A stretch of DNA of 64,000 bases from contig CAVXEP010000029.1 in NCBI GenBank assembly GCA_963760795.1, forward strand, positions 416,001 through 480,000. Reading direction: 5' to 3'. Positions 58,572 to 64,000 of this stretch are shown piece after piece. The first letter of the stretch is position 1. Every line of letters starts with the position of its first letter. Made by a program: the position numbers and the translations under genes. A model generated the notes under the pieces. That model was not told the origin of the DNA. It searched no databases and saw only the letters and a list, made by a program, of their open reading frames with translations. Source of the DNA: an uncultured delta proteobacterium (GTDB lineage Bacteria > Desulfobacterota > Binatia > UBA9968).

Positions 58572-58778
58572 CTATTCAAATACGTCCAACAGATTTCCCT
58601 CCGGGTCGCATAACTGGTGCTGGCCGTAACGGCAGCCCGCTAACAGGCGCATGACGACCTCATTTTCCGACGGTAAAATAGGTGTCTTGGGCGACATCCA
58701 TTCCGGGTCGACGCCGGTGAGGATTTCCAGATCCTTTTTAAAGTTCGCGACGCTTTCGACTTTGAAACCGACATGCTG
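58572..58778 (-). pseudogene. 3'-end remnant of a VOC family gene
   Basis: QHVGFKVESVANFKKDLEILTGVDPEWMSPK..LAGCRYGQHQLCDPEGNLLDVFE* aligns with the C-terminus of 7943-8755. No start or 5' part. Confidence 0.78.
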
Positions 58779-58883
58779 ACATCGAAAATCTTCCGACCTT
58801 CGTGATCTTCATACTACTATCCATTAGAATTTGCGGCGCCTGCGCAAATTTTCTGGCCTACCGATCACCGCTCCGCCGCCCCA

Positions 58884-58906
58884 GGGCGTATGCCATACGC
58901 CCCTAC
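58884..58906 (-). repeat. GTAG-tagged REP palindrome
   Basis: Minus strand reads GTAG-GGGCGTATG-G-CATACGCCC. Confidence 0.65.
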
Positions 58907-59239
58907 GCTCGGACTTCCTCTTGGAATTTATTTTGCGCCCTTTGTGGTTAAATTTCCGAATCCTGCTCTTTTCTTTGGATGCGGCTTCGCAGCGCGGTCT
59001 CCTTCGTGGTGAACAATATCTTCGCTTCTACTTGTCCGACCGCGCCGCGGCGGCGCTTATTCGAGACACCAGCGATCCTATTTGCGAACCGTGCTCTTGT
59101 CCAATGCTTTAAAGAAACCTTCTTTTTCGAGTTCGTCGCATCATCTGAATCGGCGCGCCTGACGGCGCGTCATCGTAAATCCATTTAATCCTCACAAACG
59201 TAGGTACTTGCAGATGCGATAAAACCCAAGGAGGATTTC

Positions 59240-60121
59240 ATGATGAAGAGATTTGTATGGATTCTGGTGGTTTTTGTGGCCGTGCTGGCGGCCCAGGCAG
59301 CTAACGCCGCTCAAGCAGGCTGCGGCAACCGTAGCCGCATAACTAACAGTGGTCGGTTGAACACCATCCTCGCGCTCACAGACGATCAACGGCTGCTGCG
59401 GTTCCAGGAGTGTAGCACACGAACCCGCCAAATTGGCAGCATAGCCGGGCTTCAAGCGGGGGACACGGCGCTGGTGGGCATGGATTTCCGCATCCAGGAT
59501 GGTCTGCTCTATGGCGTTGGCAACGGCGGCGGTCTGTACACAATCAACACAGACACGGCGGTGGCCACCCCGGTTGGGCAGTTGACGGTTGCCCTTAGCG
59601 GCAACTCCTTCGGCGTGGACTTTAATCCGGCCGCCAACGCTCTGCGAATCATCAGCGACAACGGCCAGAACCTCAGACATCCATTTGCCAATCTGCAGAC
59701 GGCTACGACCGCAGTCGACGGCGCCCTCAACTATGCCGGCAACGCGGCGACTGGGGTCATCGGCGCCGCCTATACGAACAACGATCTCGAGCCGAACACG
59801 GCGACGACTCTATTTAATATCGACACGTCGTTAAACCAAGTCAACGTCCAGTCGCCGGCGAATGCCGGCTCGCTTGCGCCAGCCGGCATGTTGACCGTCG
59901 ATGCCGACACACCGGTCGGATTCGACATCTACACGGAGGCGCGGGATGATCGGAGCATCGACGATCGGGCCATCAACAACAGTGGCTTCGCATCGCTAGT
60001 CGTGGCTGGTGTAACTGGATTCTATCGAATTAATCTCCTAACCGGAGAGGCTTTCTTTATCGATGACTTTAGCGATGCGGTGATCGACATCGCCATTCCG
60101 CTCAACCAGAGATCAAGATAG
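59240..60121 (+). CDS. DUF4394 domain-containing secreted protein
   Basis: Signal peptide, LVGMDFR..DG.LYG, FGVDFNPAAN.LRIIS..GQNLR and AAYTN. AGGAGG RBS. Confidence 0.85.
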   Translation: MMKRFVWILVVFVAVLAAQAANAAQAGCGNRSRITNSGRLNTILALTDDQRLLRFQECSTRTRQIGSIAGLQAGDTALVGMDFRIQDGLLYGVGNGGGLYTINTDTAVATPVGQLTVALSGNSFGVDFNPAANALRIISDNGQNLRHPFANLQTATTAVDGALNYAGNAATGVIGAAYTNNDLEPNTATTLFNIDTSLNQVNVQSPANAGSLAPAGMLTVDADTPVGFDIYTEARDDRSIDDRAINNSGFASLVVAGVTGFYRINLLTGEAFFIDDFSDAVIDIAIPLNQRSR

Positions 60122-60133
60122 CTGAGAAGCGAG

Positions 60134-60176
60134 AAAGGGGTTAGTTCGCACGCTGCCGTGACTAACCCCTTTTTTC
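60134..60176 (+). terminator. Rho-independent terminator
   Basis: AAAGGGGTTAGT...ACTAACCCCTTT stem followed by a T-run. Confidence 0.75.
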
Positions 60177-60393
60177 ACCCGGCCCACCGCGCAAAGCAAT
60201 GGGCTAAAATACTTTTTCGACAATCGCGGGCTTTTCACAGCTTCGGTTCAATCAGATATCTAGTGGGCCGAACGCCTTTGTGTCCGAGGCGTTGTAAATC
60301 TCAATGCTCCGTTTCTCAGCACACCAATCAGTTGAGATTTTGGATTCCATGGATGTGAGAACGGCTGCTCACGCGCGGTGATGTCGGAAGCGC

Positions 60394-60714
60394 TCAGACC
60401 ACACCGGCATCCAACAGCGAGTAAACGATATCTTTTAGCGATGGGTCGATGGTATCGAGGCGGGTCACCGCCGGGCCGCCGGCGAGTGAATTGACGATCT
60501 CCGGCAGATCCTCTTTCTGGACGCCGGCGTACCAGTTTTTTTGCGGATGCACGACGACATTAGGGCCAAAGTCGCAGCCGCCGAAGCAGATATAAGACTT
60601 CACTTCAGCGTCAATGCCTTTGGCGGCGACCATCTCGGTGAGTTCGTTCATCAGCGCTTCCGAGCCGCGGCTCTGGCAGTCGATATTTTGGCAGACAAAG
60701 CAAGTTTGTTTCAT
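60394..60714 (-). CDS. Thioredoxin-like [2Fe-2S] ferredoxin
   Basis: FVCQNIDCQSRGS...CFGGCDFGP.VVV.P...WY. Confidence 0.88.
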   Translation of the reverse strand: MKQTCFVCQNIDCQSRGSEALMNELTEMVAAKGIDAEVKSYICFGGCDFGPNVVVHPQKNWYAGVQKEDLPEIVNSLAGGPAVTRLDTIDPSLKDIVYSLLDAGVV

Positions 60715-60816
60715 GGTGATGATTTCCCCTTTTCACTAGAGTAATTATCTGAGAAGTTCAGCCAGTGTCAATATGAGGTGGGCGAAAGCCTTAATGGCGT
60801 CAGGCAAGCAGCAAAA

Positions 60817-61326
60817 ATGCGCAAGCGAAGCGGCAAATTGAAATCAACTGCCAAGAAGCGGTCCAGGGTCTCGGTCAAGCGAGTTTCCGCCGAGAAAGAT
60901 CTTGCGCTGGCCTACGCCATCCGGATCAGAGTGTTCGTCAAGGAACAGGGCGTGCCCAGTGACATCGAGTTGGATGACGACGACCAGAGGGCGATTCATT
61001 TTCTCGCCAGCGTCGGCGCCAAAGCGGTTGGCACGGCAAGGGTGGTGTGGCATCGCGGCGCCGCCAAGATCGGCCGCATGGCGGTGCTGAAAAGCTACCG
61101 GCGCAGAGGCGTGGGCCGGCGATTGCTAACGCGGGCGGTCGCGGTCGCGCGACGGTTGCAAGCGCGGCGGATTTACTTGCACGCACAAGTCGCTGTGAGC
61201 GGTTTCTACGAGCGCCTGAACTTTCGCGGTACTGGAGCGATCTTCGACGAAGCAGGCATCGCCCATCGGAAAATGATCTGGCGCGGGCGCCTGTCGGGTC
61301 GCCAACGACGGGTCAATAAACACTAG
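60817..61326 (+). CDS. GNAT N-acetyltransferase (ElaA/YjcF-like)
   Basis: IR..VFV.EQGVP..IELD, KIGRMAV...YRRRGVG, LHAQ, FYE and EAGIAH. Confidence 0.9.
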   Translation: MRKRSGKLKSTAKKRSRVSVKRVSAEKDLALAYAIRIRVFVKEQGVPSDIELDDDDQRAIHFLASVGAKAVGTARVVWHRGAAKIGRMAVLKSYRRRGVGRRLLTRAVAVARRLQARRIYLHAQVAVSGFYERLNFRGTGAIFDEAGIAHRKMIWRGRLSGRQRRVNKH

Positions 61327-61718
61327 CCGAGCAAAGCCAGGAAGTGTCCCGTCGTGTCGAAGTTACAAAACCGTCGCGTAGTTCCGGTGGCGCGGCTTGC
61401 TAAACGCCGGACCCTGAGTGGCTCAAGTCCGGTGGCCGAAAGTTCCTAAATCGCGCCGAAATATCTCTGGATTGCCGATTTGCTTGTTCAGCTTCTCCCT
61501 GTGACGGCCCAATTCGGTCGGTCCATCTTTCGTAGAACTTCCAGAAGTGCGATTTTCTTCCTAGCCTCACCGAGGTTCAATTGGCCTCACCGTTGCTACC
61601 TTGTCTCGGCGACGACGCAATCGAAAAGATTCCTAACTACTCATAACCATCCCGGCAGTCGGCGATTAGCGCGCATGCGCCATTGGAACCCAATGGCTGA
61701 CAGTGTCGCCGGGAGAAA

Positions 61719-62802
61719 TTGGAGGGACCCATGGAATACAGCCAAGCAATCGTGCTCCACGGCAACAAAAGATGCATTGAACTCAGGGAAGATGCCGTCG
61801 TTTCGATCCCTGGTTCATTGGAGGCAAGTCCACTAGTGCCGGATATGGCCAAACTGACACCAAAGATTCGCGCCATGACCATCGCCATGGTCGGAATATT
61901 AGCGATGCCGCTTTGCGGTCTGATGGCGGGGGATGAAAATCTCTGGGATAAGCTGCAAACTTTAATCGAAGCGGAAAGAGCGACCAAGACTCAGAGCACG
62001 GTGTTAGCCGTGGACACCTCGGGTCTGAGCGTGCGCTCGAAAAGCGCTTCGGCGTCGACCAAGGAACTTTTTGAACAGGCAGCGATGGAACATCTCGCCC
62101 GGCTGCATCACACGTTCAATAGCTGGTCCGACCGCAAGCAAGAGCTGATGGGCAGTGTGTCGTTGAAGCTCATGGTCGACGCTGCCGGCAATGTGGTGCG
62201 CGTCGATCCGGTGAATTCTCATGTCAATAATTCAAGCTTTATCAAAACCGTGATCGACGATGTGCGCGAATGGAAATTCCCCGAGGGCAGCACTGAAGCG
62301 GCGGAAATCACCGTGCCGCTGTTGTTCATTCCCAAAGGAATGGACCCAGAGATGATCGTCCAGTGGGAGCGCAAAGTGCGCCGCGCGCCGGGCGATGACG
62401 ATTCGCCAAGTGCTTTGGCAAATGCCCCGGCGCGACCGGCGGCCAAGGTCACGGAAAAGGCGCTCGACATCGCTGCTATCACTCCCATGCAGAAGGAGCA
62501 AAAATCCGTTGCCGCGGCGCCGGCACAACCGCAGATTGCCGTCAACGCCCATCGCCGTCACCACCGTCGCGCCAACGGCTAAAGCGAAAGCTCAGGCGAA
62601 AGCTCTCGTCGTGGTGGTCGCGAACCGCCCACTGGCGATGCGCGACAACCCGCGCTATTCCGCCAACAGCGTGCGCGAAGTGCAAGAAGCGACGCAGCTG
62701 AGCATCTTGGAACATCGCGGCGACTGGCTCAAAGTGCGAAGCGCAGCGGGCGGCCAGGTCGGGTTTGTCCGAAAAGAATATGTCTCGCCATTGAATGGCT
62801 GA
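61719..62802 (+). CDS. Membrane protein with TonB-C/AgmX-like domain and C-terminal SH3b domain, with an apparent frameshift near 62550
   Basis: TM segment, then G.VSLKL.VDAAGNVV..V.EWKFP..ITVPLLF. The next frame has LAMR..P..S....V......IL...GDWLKV.....GFV.KEYV. Confidence 0.65.
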
Positions 62803-62896
62803 CCAGCGGGCGACAGGCAATCGGCAACGGTAAGATTCGATCGGAATTTCAGCTTGACGGTAGTGTGGGGACCCGGATTTCATTACAGAATTCATC

Positions 62897-62986
62897 CGTC
62901 ATTCCGGGCAATCCCGGCGCAAGGCCGGGGTTGCCCGGAATCCATGAAAATCGCCAACCTGGATGCCGGCCTGCGCCGGTATGACG
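62897..62986. repeat. CGTC-tagged REP doublet between convergent genes
   Basis: CGTCATTCCGGGCAATCCCGGC..GCCGGGGTTGCCCGGAATCCA ... TGGATGCCGGCCTGCGCCGGTATGACG. Confidence 0.7.
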
Positions 62987-63070
62987 ATATCTCGCCCTCC
63001 GACTTGCTTTGCGAACTCCCGTTAACGACACGAAGCTCCAGAGCGATAGCTTAGCGCTTTCCGAAAAGTT

Positions 63071-63811
63071 TTAAGAAGACTTCGATACCAGGACCATCGG
63101 TCCGGTGGGCGCGGCGGTGCTGCCCATGGGCTCGACGGTGACGGCGAAGGTTTCGATGGGTCGATCGGGTCGTGGTGTATTGATGTGCAAGCCACCCTTG
63201 CCGGCGGCGTCGGTCTTGATCGTGCCGACGTAACGCGGCGCGGATTGCTGTGCGATGGTCCAGACGGCGTACATCTTTCCTTCCGGCGCAGCCGGCAAAT
63301 CACTGACGAAGATATGGCCTTCGCCGGACTCATTCCAGAGAAACCTACCTTTGGCATGAGGCGTCGGGCCGGCTCCATAAAGCGGAGAATCCCGCGTCGC
63401 CGGATCGCGCAGTAGCTCAATGACCGAACTGTAAAGCGTGTGGCGCGGCTCGTAGCGGTAACTGTAGTAGGTGGCGCTGATGATAATACCAGCAACGCCC
63501 GCGGCGATGGTGCCGATCATTCTTCTCCAGGACTTCGGACGCTCTTGGCGTGCCTTGGCCGTGGATGCAACTTCAGCGCTTGTCACGCCGATCTGATCGA
63601 ACAGTCTCGCCTTCACCGCGGGCGGTGCTAGTTCGGGTCGGAGTGAGCCGTGCAAGAGATTCAGCGTCGCGTGGGTTTCCCGGAGATAGGCCTGACAAAC
63701 TTCACAACCGGATGCGAGATGTGCTTGATAATCTTGCAGCTCTTCGCCATCGAGCGCGCCGAGGGCATAGACCTCCGACTGTGCTTGCCAATGTTCGTGT
63801 TCCGTAGCCAC
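63071..63811 (-). CDS. Anti-sigma factor (RskA-like, ZAS zinc finger)
   Basis: YALGALD, HLASGCEVC, TM segment, LP.APEGK.Y.VW and FAVTVEP.G...PTGP. Confidence 0.9.
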   Translation of the reverse strand: MATEHEHWQAQSEVYALGALDGEELQDYQAHLASGCEVCQAYLRETHATLNLLHGSLRPELAPPAVKARLFDQIGVTSAEVASTAKARQERPKSWRRMIGTIAAGVAGIIISATYYSYRYEPRHTLYSSVIELLRDPATRDSPLYGAGPTPHAKGRFLWNESGEGHIFVSDLPAAPEGKMYAVWTIAQQSAPRYVGTIKTDAAGKGGLHINTPRPDRPIETFAVTVEPMGSTAAPTGPMVLVSKSS

Positions 63812-64000
63812 TACGCTGCTTTCGTTCTCAGGATATCTTTGAGACGCTGCATGCCGCTGCGCATTCTAGTTTTCACCGTGCCCAGCGGTTCTTTGAGCCG
63901 CGCGGCGATTTCGCTTTGGCTCAAGCCATCGAAATAGGCCAGCTCCAACACCCGACGCTGCGCTTCCGGCAGATTCGCCAGAGCGCTATTCATGGTCAGC
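63811..64000 (-). CDS. ECF sigma factor (SigK-like), region 4 (5' end outside window)
   Basis: LPEAQRRVLELAYFDGLSQSEIA....PLGTVKTRMRSG, coupled to the anti-sigma gene. Confidence 0.92.
   Translation of the reverse strand, partial: LTMNSALANLPEAQRRVLELAYFDGLSQSEIAARLKEPLGTVKTRMRSGMQRLKDILRTKAA

Noticed and set aside
1-64000. CRISPR array, tRNA/rRNA genes, integron attC array, integrase or transposase
   Set aside because: I saw no regularly spaced identical repeats, cloverleaf or rRNA-like sequence, or recombinase/transposase motifs by eye. A tRNAscan, Infernal or IntegronFinder run would be needed to exclude them formally.

Overview
A 64-kb, moderately GC-rich bacterial chromosomal window with about 50 CDSs. 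I found no rRNA, tRNA, CRISPR array, integrase or transposase. The gene content suggests a Candidatus Binatia-like soil deltaproteobacterium (inference). It has many stand-alone NMT1/SsuA and TctC substrate-binding proteins, amidohydrolases, an LLM oxidoreductase, VOC proteins and REP-rich spacers. Core genes sit at the edges (proS, pyrF, thiD; ECF sigma and anti-sigma). The most striking unexplained structure is a set of at least 10 orphan gene 3'-end fragments. For three genes (an SBP gene, selO/ydiU and a GST gene) the intact parent lies upstream in the same orientation and unrelated cargo genes fill the gap, as in attL/attR-type 3'-end replacement, yet no recombinase is present. Seven of these fragments are followed 35-90 bp downstream by a degenerate GGGGTC...TTGAC motif pointing back at them. 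Other notable items are a PtsP-type GAF-glucan phosphorylase fusion behind a sigma54-like promoter, a TIR-TM-beta-sandwich receptor-like protein, a ferritin-like di-metal protein in a hydrolase/SBP cluster, an orphan NodZ-like glycosyltransferase and a heme peroxidase. Seven genes are split by apparent single-base insertions, most likely sequencing errors.
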